A DNA stretch of 64,000 bases. Source: an uncultured delta proteobacterium (GTDB lineage: Bacteria > Desulfobacterota > Binatia > Binatales > Binataceae). Positions 17,731-27,610 of the stretch are shown here, in pieces. The stretch's first letter is position 1. Each line of letters opens with the position of its first letter. A program made the translations under genes and the position numbers. The DNA lies in contig CAVQEQ010000001.1 of assembly GCA_963711565.1 (NCBI GenBank), positions 160,001 through 224,000 of the forward strand, read 5' to 3'. Below the pieces are notes generated by a model. That model made no database searches. It was not told the origin of the DNA and saw only the letters and a program-made list of their open reading frames with translations.

Positions 17731-18243
17731 ATGAAAAAGTTGATCGCGGTCACAATTTTTCTCTCCTTCGCCGCAGCCGGCGTCACGTATGCCGGCACTC
17801 GCGTCGAGATTAAGGACAGCGAGCAGGCGGCTGCGGAAGCCGACATGCACCGCCGCTACGATCATCCGAAGACCGAGGTGGTCCCCAACGACCAGCTCGA
17901 GGTCGTGGTCACGCGCGACGTGATCATGCATTCGTGCTGCATGCCGCCGAGTCTCGTAGTCGGCGGCAAGATCACCAATATCAGCGGCAAGCCTATCGAC
18001 TACGTCCACCTGCACTTCGCGTTCGAGGACAAGAACGGCAAAATCCTTCACGGCGAGAGCCTCTACAACCACCACGCCGAAAGCCTGTCCGATGATCCGT
18101 ACATCCAGAAAATTCTGAACGAGAAACCGCATTTCGATCCGATCCTGCCGGGCAAGAGCGACACGTTCGGATTTTCGGTTTCATGCACCGAGCTGCCGGT
18201 CTTCTCGAAGATCGAATTGTTTTCCAACGACATCAAACAGTAG
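17731..18243 (+). CDS. Secreted hypothetical protein (FxLYD-like Ig fold possible)
   Basis: Signal peptide MKKLIAV...; GKITNISGKPIDYV...FEDKNG...PG pattern. Confidence 0.7.
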   Translation: MKKLIAVTIFLSFAAAGVTYAGTRVEIKDSEQAAAEADMHRRYDHPKTEVVPNDQLEVVVTRDVIMHSCCMPPSLVVGGKITNISGKPIDYVHLHFAFEDKNGKILHGESLYNHHAESLSDDPYIQKILNEKPHFDPILPGKSDTFGFSVSCTELPVFSKIELFSNDIKQ

Positions 18244-18267
18244 CGCGGCGCCTGCCGCTTCCGTCTG

Positions 18268-18594
18268 ATGGCTGATATAGGCGCAATCGAACCGGCCGCG
18301 CTTAAGGCCCGACTCGATCGAGGGGAGCGCATTTTCATTCTCGACGTGCGCGAGCCTTTCGAGATTTCGCTGGCTCCTTTTCCCGGCGCGAATCATATCC
18401 CGATGGGCGACATTCCGTCGCGCCTGACCGAGCTCGATCCCGATCGCGAGACCGTCGTCGTATGCCATCATGGCGTCCGCAGCGCGCAGGTCGCGATGTA
18501 CCTGGCGCGCATGGGTTTCGAGCAGGTGCTCAACCTGACAGGCGGCATCGACGCGTGGTCGGAGGATGCGGATCCGACGACCCCGCGCTACTAA
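18268..18594 (+). CDS. Rhodanese-like domain protein
   Basis: LDVREPFE, CHHGVRS, NLTGGIDAW. Confidence 0.9.
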   Translation: MADIGAIEPAALKARLDRGERIFILDVREPFEISLAPFPGANHIPMGDIPSRLTELDPDRETVVVCHHGVRSAQVAMYLARMGFEQVLNLTGGIDAWSEDADPTTPRY

Positions 18595-18615
18595 CGCGCG
18601 GGCCGACGCGCAATA

Positions 18616-19452
18616 ATGCCGAATGGTAATCCCGCGATGACCTACCTCGCTGCAGCAGTCCAGATGAACGCCACTCCCGACAAGGCGGCGAACCTGGAGC
18701 GCGCGGAACGGCTCGTGCGCGTCGGCGCGGCGCGCGGTGCAAACCTCGTCACGCTGCCCGAGGTTTTCAATTGGCGCGGCAAGCTTAACGAGCAGGCGGA
18801 CGCGGCGGAAACGCTCGACGGTCAATCGCTGACGCTGATGTCGCGACTGGCGCGCGAGCTGCGAATCCATATCGTCGCCGGATCGATCACCGAGCAGGCC
18901 GCCGCGGGCGAGTCGCGATGCTACAACACGTCGGCGCTCATCGACCCCGACGGCGCCAGAATCGCCGTGTATCGCAAGATTCATCTTTTCGACGTCGATC
19001 TTCCCGGTCGCGTGACAGTGCGCGAATCCAACGCCAAGATGGCGGGGGCAGAGACCGTGACTGCGGCGACTCCGCTCGGCGCGATTGGACTCAGCATCTG
19101 CTACGACTTGCGCTTTCCCGAACTCTATCGCCGTCTCACTTTTGCCGGCGCGCAGATCATTGCGATTCCGAGCGCGTTCACCTTCCCCACTGGCGAGGCA
19201 CATTGGGAGCCGCTGCTCCGCGCCCGCGCGATCGAGAACCAGGCCTACGTGATTGCGCCCGCGCAGTTCGGTCCGAACATCTACGGCTACAGCGACTATG
19301 GCAATTCGATGATTGTCGATCCGTGGGGACGCGTGATTGCGCGCGCCGCCGATCAGGAAGGTGTCGTCGTGGCGCCGATCGATCTCGAATACCAGGAGCG
19401 CGTGCGCCGCGAGTTGCCGGCGTTGAAGCATGCGCGCCTGCGGGCCGGGTGA
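18616..19452 (+). CDS. Carbon-nitrogen hydrolase (Nit1/deaminated glutathione amidase-like)
   Basis: LPE, YRKIHLFD, ICYDLRFPE triad; RARAIENQ. Confidence 0.92.
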   Translation: MPNGNPAMTYLAAAVQMNATPDKAANLERAERLVRVGAARGANLVTLPEVFNWRGKLNEQADAAETLDGQSLTLMSRLARELRIHIVAGSITEQAAAGESRCYNTSALIDPDGARIAVYRKIHLFDVDLPGRVTVRESNAKMAGAETVTAATPLGAIGLSICYDLRFPELYRRLTFAGAQIIAIPSAFTFPTGEAHWEPLLRARAIENQAYVIAPAQFGPNIYGYSDYGNSMIVDPWGRVIARAADQEGVVVAPIDLEYQERVRRELPALKHARLRAG

Positions 19453-19456
19453 CCAA

Positions 19457-20278
19457 GTGAACAAGATTGCACTTCTGACTGTCACGATCGCTCTCTCGAT
19501 CAACGCACCGGCGTTCGCGCACGATCTGGGCGCGGCGGCCGACTTGGACGGTGACTCCGCGCCCAACGCGATGGGCATTCAGATGTGCACGGGTCCGCAC
19601 ATGACAGTGACGCGGTCGCGCCCGCAAACGCCGCAGGACCTCGAGCGCGCGCATGACGTGATTGACACCCTGCGACGCGTGCTCGCCAAGTACCGTGACT
19701 CCCGCGTGGCGTTGTCGGAGGGCTACCAGATTTTTCTGCCGACGGTTCCGCAGGAGGTTTACCATTTCACCGACTACAGCGCCGCGCAGCAGGAATACAT
19801 GGGGAATTCCGATCCGGCGCGGCCCGGCTCGCTGCTTTACGTGAAAAACTCGAGCGGCGATTACGTCCTGGTCGGCGCGATGTATAGCGCGCCTGCCGAC
19901 GACACGCCCGAGCAGCTCGACGCGATCATCCCGCTGAGCGTCGCGCACTGGCACGCTCACACGAACATCTGCCTGCCCAACGGCATCACGCTCGACAACG
20001 TCCTGCGCGGCGACGTCGGCGCAGGGCGTATCGACGAGCCGGGCATGATCCCGGTGTCGTCGAGTCCGTCTGCTCCCGAAATCAACCAACGCCTGGGTTT
20101 CCTCGCCGATGGACGCTTCGGCTTCACGGGCAAAATCGCCGACTCCGCCGCGTGCGAAGCGGCGGGCGGCCACCTGCTGAAGCAGGCGTTCGGCTGGATG
20201 GTCCACGTGTACCCGTTCAACGGCGACGACCTGAAGGTAGCGTTCGGCATGGGCGTGCCCAAACCGCCTAGCAACTGA
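19457..20278 (+). CDS. Secreted hypothetical protein
   Basis: GTG start with signal peptide ending AFA; YHF, WHAHTNIC, WMVHVYP motifs. Confidence 0.7.
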   Translation: MNKIALLTVTIALSINAPAFAHDLGAAADLDGDSAPNAMGIQMCTGPHMTVTRSRPQTPQDLERAHDVIDTLRRVLAKYRDSRVALSEGYQIFLPTVPQEVYHFTDYSAAQQEYMGNSDPARPGSLLYVKNSSGDYVLVGAMYSAPADDTPEQLDAIIPLSVAHWHAHTNICLPNGITLDNVLRGDVGAGRIDEPGMIPVSSSPSAPEINQRLGFLADGRFGFTGKIADSAACEAAGGHLLKQAFGWMVHVYPFNGDDLKVAFGMGVPKPPSN

Positions 20279-20431
20279 CGGCTGCGAGTTTCCTGAAAAA
20301 TCGCCTTGACGGCGCACGCCCGCGCGGGTTAAGCAGGCTTCGCGTCGACACACTCCGCGGTCCGTGACACCCCGCTCTATCGCGGCTAGTATCTCTTACG
20401 CTCGAACGCGCGCGCTTGAAGGATTTTCGTC

Positions 20432-21613
20432 ATGGCTGATGGACCGCTGATTGGTTTTCGTATTCTCGATCTGACCGCCGTTATCTCGGGGCCGTTCTGC
20501 ACGCAGTTGCTCGGCGACCTGGGCGCCGACGTCATCAAGATCGAACCGCCCGAGGGCGACTCGATGCGCCGCAACGTCGGCCCGCAGCGCGGCGGCCTGA
20601 CCGCCTCGTTCCTGAACTTCAACCGCAACAAGCGCAGCATCGTGATCGATATCAAAAAAGAGCACGGCCGCGACCTCGTCCGGCGGCTCGCGGTGAAGGC
20701 CGACGCGCTGGTCGAGAACAATCGCCCCGGCGTCGCCGACCGTCTCGGTATCGGTTACGCCGACATTCGCCGCGCCAATCCGAAGGTCGTCTATTGCTCG
20801 ATCTGCGGCTTCGCGCCGAAGGGCCGCCTCGCTAATTTTCCCGCCTACGATCCAGTCATCCAGGGCTACTCCGGCATGGCCTATATCCAGGGCCTCAAGG
20901 CGGGGCAGCCGACGGCGGTCAAGATGGCGCTGGCGGATAAAGTCAGCGGGATGACCGCGGCGCTTGCCGTTGTGAGCGCGTTGCACGCCGCGCGCGCCCG
21001 CGGCGTCGGCCAGTACATCAAGGTCCCGATGCTCGAGGCGATGATGGCGTTCACGGCCAACGATTCGATTTACGGCTACACGCTGCTGCCCGAGGACGAG
21101 TTCAAGCACCTCGCGCCCAAGAGCACCACGCTCGACCCGTTCAAGACGAAAGACGGATGGCTCACGATCGCGCCGTTCACGGAAGCGCAGTCGAAGCGGC
21201 TGGCCGAGGCGGTCGGGCATCCTGAATGGTGGCCTGAGACGTTGGATCGCACGGAACGCGCCGAGCGGGGACGCAATCTGATGCGCGGGCTGGCGAAGCT
21301 CTTTCCTGAAAAAAATACCAATGAGTGGCTGCCGGCGCTCGAGCAGGCCGACATCCCCTGCGGGCCGGTCCACAACTACGAGACGCTGCTCACCGATCCG
21401 GAAATCGTGGAGAACGAGAGCTTCTCGATTTATGAACATCCGACGGCAGGGCGCGTGCGCGCGGTGAATCCCGGCGCAAGGTTTTCGGAGACGCCGGCGA
21501 AGATGTGGCGAGTGCCGCCCAAGCTCGGCGAGCATACCGATGAAATATTGCGAGAGGCAGGAATCGAACGCAGTCAGGTAGAGGAACTGCGCGCGGCGAA
21601 GGTGATCGTTTGA
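20432..21613 (+). CDS. CaiB/BaiF family III CoA-transferase
   Basis: GPFCTQLLGDLGADVIKIE, NRNKRS, ENNRPG, PAYD, LGEHT. Confidence 0.93.
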   Translation: MADGPLIGFRILDLTAVISGPFCTQLLGDLGADVIKIEPPEGDSMRRNVGPQRGGLTASFLNFNRNKRSIVIDIKKEHGRDLVRRLAVKADALVENNRPGVADRLGIGYADIRRANPKVVYCSICGFAPKGRLANFPAYDPVIQGYSGMAYIQGLKAGQPTAVKMALADKVSGMTAALAVVSALHAARARGVGQYIKVPMLEAMMAFTANDSIYGYTLLPEDEFKHLAPKSTTLDPFKTKDGWLTIAPFTEAQSKRLAEAVGHPEWWPETLDRTERAERGRNLMRGLAKLFPEKNTNEWLPALEQADIPCGPVHNYETLLTDPEIVENESFSIYEHPTAGRVRAVNPGARFSETPAKMWRVPPKLGEHTDEILREAGIERSQVEELRAAKVIV

Positions 21614-21652
21614 GTAATTCCAGAAGAACGGCCAGGCCGAGCGGCGAGAATC

Positions 21653-21708
21653 GACGAAATAAATTTCGTCCTACTGTCAGAGAAACGTAGGACGGAATTT
21701 ATTCCGTC
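21653..21708. repeat. GTAG-type REP doublet (REPIN-like)
   Basis: GTAG-GACGAAATTTATTTCGTC on the minus strand (21653-21674) and GTAG-GACGGAATTTATTCCGTC (21687-21708). Confidence 0.7.
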
Positions 21709-21719
21709 AATTCCCTCTG

Positions 21720-22340
21720 CTACTCGAACATCTGGGGTTCGCGCGATCTTAGCCAGACCAGGCCACGATACATGTAATGGATGAACGACGCCGCGGTGAC
21801 TGCGACTGTCGCGATCAGCAGCCGGTTGAAATCGCCGGGCCAGTAGTTTCCCGCCCGCGCCAGCACCGCGATCACGCACGCGAGCTGCATGAAAGTGCTC
21901 AGTTTGCCGAGATAGCTCGGCCGGACCGGGACGCGCTCGCCGGTGAAGAACGAGATCATAAGGTAGCCGACGACGATTACGATATCGCGGATCAGGACTA
22001 CGCTGAGCAGATAGCTGGGCAGATCGCCGTCGATCGTCAGCACGACGAAGGCGGACACCAGCATCAGCTTGTCGGCGAACGGATCGAGGAACGCGCCCAA
22101 CTCGGTGCGTGAGTCGAACCATCGCGCGACCGCGCCGTCGAGCCCGTCGGTCACCGCCGCCGCCGCAAAGACGAACAGCGCTTCGGTGTATCGCTGGCGG
22201 GTCAGAAATATCAGAAAGACGGGAATCGACCCTATCCTGCACAGCGTCAGGAAGTTCGGCGGATTCAGCAGCTTGGAATACGACGGTGCGGGCGGCACGC
22301 CCGGCCGTGCGCGGATGCTGCTATGTGAAGGCGCTGCCAT
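21720..22340 (-). CDS. CDP-alcohol phosphatidyltransferase (PgsA/cardiolipin synthase-like)
   Basis: PNFLTLCR, DGLDGAVAR...GAFLDPFADK. Confidence 0.92.
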   Translation of the reverse strand: MAAPSHSSIRARPGVPPAPSYSKLLNPPNFLTLCRIGSIPVFLIFLTRQRYTEALFVFAAAAVTDGLDGAVARWFDSRTELGAFLDPFADKLMLVSAFVVLTIDGDLPSYLLSVVLIRDIVIVVGYLMISFFTGERVPVRPSYLGKLSTFMQLACVIAVLARAGNYWPGDFNRLLIATVAVTAASFIHYMYRGLVWLRSREPQMFE

Positions 22341-22363
22341 CGTGAATCGGTTTCAACGCGACC

Positions 22364-23653
22364 TCAGATTGCGGCGTTCGCAGCCTTGCGCAGGCGCCCC
22401 GCTACAGGAGCGCTCACGCGGGCCCGCACCGAAACCAGGCCGTCGCGGTATTCCTCGCTTAGCACTTCTCCATCCCGTCGCGCCATTGCCACCAAATCGC
22501 CGCGCTTGGCGGGAAACGTGACTGACACTTCCTCGCGCGAGCCGCCCAGGTGCCGCTCGATTTCCGCGAGCAAATCGCCGAGGCCGTTGCCCTTCAGCGC
22601 CGAGATTGAGACCGCGTCATGCGCGCCGTTGCGATTTGCGCCATGCTCGGCCAGGTCGGCCTTGTTCATCACGACGATACGCGGCGACGCGCCCGCACCA
22701 ATTTCCTGCAACACTTCGTTGACGATCGTCATGCGCTCGGCCGCCAGCGGCGAACTCGCATCGACAACGTGCAGCAGCATCGTCGCGGTTCGCACCTCTT
22801 CGAGCGTGGCCTTGAAGGCGTCGATCAGCATATGGGGCAGGCGATGGATAAATCCGACGGTATCGACCAGCATCACGTTCATACCGCCCGGCAGCTTGAG
22901 GCGGCGAATCGTAGGATCGAGAGTCGAGAACGGACGATTGGCAACCTCGACGCCGGCGTCGGTGAGCGCGTTCATCAACGTGGACTTGCCGGAATTCGTG
23001 TAACCCACCAGCGCGACGGTCGGAAATGGAACCTCGAGACGCCGCCGGCGCTGAATCGTGCGCGTGCGCTCGACCTGGCCCAGCCGTGCCTTGAGGCGAG
23101 TGAGGCGCTCCCGCAACCGCCGCCGGTCAACTTCGAGCTGCGTTTCTCCGGGTCCGCGCGTGCCGACGCCACCGCCGCCCGCGCCGCCGCCACGAACGCG
23201 CGAAAGATGCGACCACTGGCGGGTCAGCCGCGGCTGGAGATAACTGAGCTGCGCGATCTCGACCTGCAGCTTGCCCTCAAGGGTATGCGCGCGCTGGGCA
23301 AAAATGTCGAGAATGAGTTGGCTGCGATCAATCACGCGAATCTTGAGTTCATTCTCAAGATTGCGCGCCTGCGCGGGGCTGAGCGCGTCGTCAAAAATCG
23401 CCAGCGACGCGCCTTTCGATTGCGCCAGCTCGCGCACCTCGCCCGCTTTGCCTTTGCCGATAAAAGTGCGCGGGTCAGGCGCTTTGAGGCGCTGCCGAAC
23501 AACTCCGGCGACTTCCGCACCGGCGCTTTCAGTCAAAGCTTTGAGTTCGTCGAGCGATTCTTCGCTGCCGATTCCCGCGTCGGTACCAAGTTCGATCCCA
23601 ACCAGGACAGCGCTCTCGTGATGCTCGTGGGCAACGTCGTAAGACTTAGCCAG
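22364..23653 (-). CDS. hflX: GTPase HflX (probable CTG start)
   Basis: GYTNSGKST, STLDPT, DTVGFI, NKAD, SA; homology extends upstream of the TTG at 23536 to a CTG with GAGGT SD. Confidence 0.93.
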   Translation of the reverse strand: MAKSYDVAHEHHESAVLVGIELGTDAGIGSEESLDELKALTESAGAEVAGVVRQRLKAPDPRTFIGKGKAGEVRELAQSKGASLAIFDDALSPAQARNLENELKIRVIDRSQLILDIFAQRAHTLEGKLQVEIAQLSYLQPRLTRQWSHLSRVRGGGAGGGGVGTRGPGETQLEVDRRRLRERLTRLKARLGQVERTRTIQRRRRLEVPFPTVALVGYTNSGKSTLMNALTDAGVEVANRPFSTLDPTIRRLKLPGGMNVMLVDTVGFIHRLPHMLIDAFKATLEEVRTATMLLHVVDASSPLAAERMTIVNEVLQEIGAGASPRIVVMNKADLAEHGANRNGAHDAVSISALKGNGLGDLLAEIERHLGGSREEVSVTFPAKRGDLVAMARRDGEVLSEEYRDGLVSVRARVSAPVAGRLRKAANAAI

Positions 23654-23724
23654 GTGATTACCTCGATGGCGGAAAAATCTATGACCTCAGCGTATCAGAT
23701 ACCACCAACCCTCGGTACGCCACC

Positions 23725-23990
23725 TCCTAACCTCTCCTTGTCCGAGGAGAGGTCGGCGAATGCCGCTTGAAAAGCGGTGTCGCCGGGAGAGGTGCAACGC
23801 CGGACATCGCAGCAACGCCGACGCGTCTAACCGCAACTGCTCGACGCTGACGCCGCCGCCAGGCAGCAGCACCACTTTCCGACGTGCTGCACAGGGCACA
23901 ACTCGCTTGTTACGGCGGCCAGCGTTGTACCGCTCCCGTCGCTCACCTTCGGCTCGCGTCGACCTCTCTTCGGACAAGGAGAGGTTAGGA
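23725..23990. repeat. Inverted pair of REP-like palindromes (family C) bounding 266 bp
   Basis: 31-bp IR with 1 mismatch: TCCTAACCTCTCCTTGTCCGAGGAGAGGTCG at 23725-23755 and inverse at 23960-23990. Confidence 0.75.
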
Positions 23991-24015
23991 TCGTTTCAGA
24001 TTAAGTCGAGTTGTT

Positions 24016-27000
24016 CTATCTCAACTCCACCGATCCCGGCGCGAAAATCCGCTCCAGCTCGGCGACGAAGGTCTCCGTTGGCGTCACGCGATAGCTGTCG
24101 CCTAGCAGCATCACGGCTTCGCGGCCGTCGTTGAGGGCCAGATGCAGATAAGTCATCGACTTGCCGCGATAGCGCGAGAGCATCGCCTTCAGCGCGTCGA
24201 GGCCGCCGTTTTCCAGCCGGCTTATCGGCGCCGAGATGCGCACTTCGCGGATCGAATCGAGCAGCGCCGAGTCCAGCGGCACCAGGCTTTCGAGGATTAT
24301 CTGCGCGCGTTCGTCGTCAACGTCCAGCTTGCCGCGCGCGACGACAGGCTCGTCGCCCATGATGATCGCCTCGAACTTCTGATAGGTCTCCGACCATGCG
24401 ATCGCCTCGACCGCGCCCTCGCGATCCTCGAGCGAGAAAGTCGCGTAGCGTTTGCCCGACTTGTTATTCTTGAGTTTCACCGCGTGGATCACGCCGGCAA
24501 TCTGCACCGGGCTGCCGTCGGGCGCCGAGGACAGATCGGCGGTCGTCACTTTGCTGATTCGCGCGAGTTCGCGCTCGTACTTGTCGAGCGGATGGGCCGT
24601 GATGTAGAAGCCGAGCGCTTCTTTTTCGAATTTCAGTTTCTCGCGCGCGTCCCATTCGGGAATCGGCTCGCGCGCCGCGAGCTTGGGCACTTTGACCGCG
24701 CCGCCGAACAGTCCGATCTGGTTTTTCTCCGCATCGCTCTGCGCCTTCTGCGCGAGCTTTATCGCTTGCTCCGCTTCGGCCATCAGCGCGGCGCGCACCG
24801 CGCTCACCGAATCGAACGCACCGCACTTGATCAGCGCGTCGAGCACGCGGCGGCTGATCAGTTGCGTGCCGACGCGCATGCAAAAATCCGCCATGCTCTC
24901 GAACGGGCCGTTGGCCTCGCGCTCCGCGACGATTGCTTCACCCGGCTTGCTGCCGACGCCGCGAATTGCGGCCAGCCCGAATCGAATCGCGCCGTCGGTA
25001 ACGGTGAATTTCACCCGGCTCTGATTCACGTCGGGCGGCAGGATCGCAATCTTCATGTCGCGCAGGGCCGCGATATTCTTGTAGGTCTTGTCGACGTCGT
25101 CCATGTCGAGCGACATCAGCGCCGCCATGAACTCGTGCGGATAGTGCGCCTTCAGGTAGCCGGTGGTGTAGGTGGTCAGCGCGTAGGCGGCGGCGTGCGA
25201 GCGGTTGAAGCCGTACGAGGCGAAGGTTTCGATCTTCTCGAAGATCGAAGTGGCGAGCGCGGCGTTGACGCCATTTTTCTTCGCGCCGTCGATAAATCCC
25301 GCGCGCTCTTTTTCCATGACGGCTTTGTTCTTCTTGCCCATCGCGTAGCGCAGGATGTCGGCCTGTTCGAGCGAGTATCCCGCCAGCGCCTGCGCCGCGC
25401 GCATCACCTGCTCCTGGTACACGATAACGCCGTAGGTTTCGCGCAGAACAGGCTCCAGCAGCGGATGATCGTACTCGACCGGCTCCTTGCCGTGCTTGCG
25501 ATCGACGTAGTGCTGGACCATCGTCTTGCCGTCCTGGATTGAGTCGAGCGGACCGGGACGGAACAGCGAGCCCGCGGCGATTACGTCGTCGAAGCAGGTC
25601 GGCTTGAGCTCGCCGATAAACCGGCGCATCCCGGAACTCTCGAGCTGGAACACGCCGACCGTGTCGCCGCGCGAGAGCATCTTGTAGGTGTCGGCGTCGT
25701 CGAGCCGGAGACGGTTGAGGTCGGGCGCCTCTTTGCCGCCGGCCTTGATCAGCGTGAGCGTATCGGTAATTAGCGTCAGGTTCTTGAGCGCGAGGAAGTC
25801 GAACTTGATAAGGCCGATCTCTTCGACGCCCTTCATCGAATACTGCGTGATCGAGAGCGCGGCCTCGTCGCGTTCCTTGTCCACGTAGAGCGGCACCAGG
25901 TCGGTGAGCGGCTGATCGGAAATGACGACGCCGGCCGCATGACGCGACGCGTGGCGCAGCAGGCCTTCGAGCTTGAAGGCGTAGTTGAAAAGATCGGGAT
26001 GCAATTTGCGCTCGGCCTTGAGCCGCGGCTCCATGTCGAGGGCGTCGGCGAGCGGGAAATCGCGGCCCTGCTTGGGCGCGGGATAGAGCTTGACGATTTT
26101 GTCGGTCTCGGCGAAGGACAGGCCGAGCACGCGGCCGACGTCGCGAATCGCCTGCTTGCCCTTGATCGTGCCGAACGTGATTATCTGCGCGACGCGATCG
26201 TCGCCGTACTTCTTGCGCACGTATTCGAGCACCTCGTCGCGCCGCTCGAAACAGAAATCGACGTCGATATCCGGCATCGACTTGCGCCCCGGATTCAGCC
26301 ATCGCTCGAACAGCAGGCGATGCTCGACGGGATCGACCTCGGTGATGCCGAGCGCGTACGAAACCAGACTGCCGACGACCGAGCCGCGGCCGGGACCGAC
26401 CGGAATCCCGAGCCCGCGCGCGTAGCCGATAAAGTCGGCGACGATCAGCATGTAGCCCGCGAAGCCCATGTCGCGGATCACGGGAATCTCGCGATCGATG
26501 CGGTCCTGGTACTGCGATTCGTCAACGTCGGCGCGGCGCGCGCGAATTTCGGCCAGGCGGGCGGTCAAACCGTCGCGCGCGCGGGTCTCCATCTCGGCGT
26601 CGAGGTCAACGCCCGGGCCTGATTTGTAAACGGGGAAGTGAAACTTGCCGAATTCGAATTCGAAATCGATTCGGCGTGCGATCTCGACGCTGTTGCGCAC
26701 CTCTTCGGAGTCGGCGCCGAACGCAGTCGCCATCTCGGTGGGCGTCTTGACGTAGAGCTCGTCGGTGTCGAAACGCCAGCGCGTTTCGTCGGCCATCGTC
26801 TTGCCGGTCTGGATGCAGAGCAGGACTTCGTGCGCCTTGGCGTCGTCGCGATGCAGGTAATGACAATCGTTGGTGGCGACGAGCGGCAGGCCGACCTGCT
26901 TGCCGATTTCGCGCAGCGCTTCGTTGTACGGCGAATGGAGTTTGTTGTCCTGGAGTTCGAGATAGTAGCGGCCCGGGAACATTTTGGCGTAAGACTCGGC

Positions 27001-27489
27001 GGTCTCGCGCGCCTTGTCCATACGGTCCGCCCGGAGCCATCGCGCTAGCTCGCCCGACAGGCATCCCGAGAGCACGATCAATCCGTCGGACAACTCGGCA
27101 AGGATTTCCTTGTCGATGCGAGGCTTGTAGTAGAGGCCGTCCTGGTACGCAGTCGTGAGCAGTCGGCAGAGATTGCGATAGCCGTCGCGATTCTGCGCGA
27201 GGACGATCAGGTGGAAGTTGCCACCGCCGTCGAAGTCGTCGCTGCGCGGGACTTGGGTGCGATCGGTGCGCTTGCCGGGCGCGAGATACACCTCGCATCC
27301 GATGATCGGCTTAACCCCGGCCGCTTTGGCCTTCTGATAAAACTCGACTGCGCCGAACATGTTGCCGTGATCGGTCATCGCGATCGCTTCCATCCCGGAC
27401 GCCTTGGCGTGATCGATCAGCGGGCCGATTTTGTTGGCGCCGTCGAGGAGGCTGTACTGCGTGTGGACGTGAAGATGGACGAAACTCAT
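24016..27489 (-). CDS. dnaE: DNA polymerase III subunit alpha
   Basis: FVHLHVHTQYSLLDG PHP start, PGRGS, PDIDVDF, KFDFL, YGFNRSH, C-terminal OB fold; GGGAGG SD. Confidence 0.97.
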   Translation of the reverse strand: MSFVHLHVHTQYSLLDGANKIGPLIDHAKASGMEAIAMTDHGNMFGAVEFYQKAKAAGVKPIIGCEVYLAPGKRTDRTQVPRSDDFDGGGNFHLIVLAQNRDGYRNLCRLLTTAYQDGLYYKPRIDKEILAELSDGLIVLSGCLSGELARWLRADRMDKARETAESYAKMFPGRYYLELQDNKLHSPYNEALREIGKQVGLPLVATNDCHYLHRDDAKAHEVLLCIQTGKTMADETRWRFDTDELYVKTPTEMATAFGADSEEVRNSVEIARRIDFEFEFGKFHFPVYKSGPGVDLDAEMETRARDGLTARLAEIRARRADVDESQYQDRIDREIPVIRDMGFAGYMLIVADFIGYARGLGIPVGPGRGSVVGSLVSYALGITEVDPVEHRLLFERWLNPGRKSMPDIDVDFCFERRDEVLEYVRKKYGDDRVAQIITFGTIKGKQAIRDVGRVLGLSFAETDKIVKLYPAPKQGRDFPLADALDMEPRLKAERKLHPDLFNYAFKLEGLLRHASRHAAGVVISDQPLTDLVPLYVDKERDEAALSITQYSMKGVEEIGLIKFDFLALKNLTLITDTLTLIKAGGKEAPDLNRLRLDDADTYKMLSRGDTVGVFQLESSGMRRFIGELKPTCFDDVIAAGSLFRPGPLDSIQDGKTMVQHYVDRKHGKEPVEYDHPLLEPVLRETYGVIVYQEQVMRAAQALAGYSLEQADILRYAMGKKNKAVMEKERAGFIDGAKKNGVNAALATSIFEKIETFASYGFNRSHAAAYALTTYTTGYLKAHYPHEFMAALMSLDMDDVDKTYKNIAALRDMKIAILPPDVNQSRVKFTVTDGAIRFGLAAIRGVGSKPGEAIVAEREANGPFESMADFCMRVGTQLISRRVLDALIKCGAFDSVSAVRAALMAEAEQAIKLAQKAQSDAEKNQIGLFGGAVKVPKLAAREPIPEWDAREKLKFEKEALGFYITAHPLDKYERELARISKVTTADLSSAPDGSPVQIAGVIHAVKLKNNKSGKRYATFSLEDREGAVEAIAWSETYQKFEAIIMGDEPVVARGKLDVDDERAQIILESLVPLDSALLDSIREVRISAPISRLENGGLDALKAMLSRYRGKSMTYLHLALNDGREAVMLLGDSYRVTPTETFVAELERIFAPGSVELR

Positions 27490-27555
27490 AGCGGCCCCTC
27501 CCCTGCACCGGACTTGCAACTCGCGCTGCACGCCCGTTCCCCTCACATCTGAACA

Positions 27556-27595
27556 GCTCGCGCGCGTCGCGGATCGTTTCGCGACGCGCGCGAGC
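27556..27595. terminator. Strong GC hairpin between rplY and dnaE
   Basis: GCTCGCGCGCGTCGCG / CGCGACGCGCGCGAGC stem; U-tract weak. Confidence 0.4.
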
Positions 27596-27610
27596 GAGAC
27601 ACTGAAAAAA

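Noticed and set aside
24142-25542. Long antisense ORFs opposite dnaE (likewise opposite rny, smc, hflX, prs)
   Set aside because: Shadow ORFs expected from high GC3 codon bias
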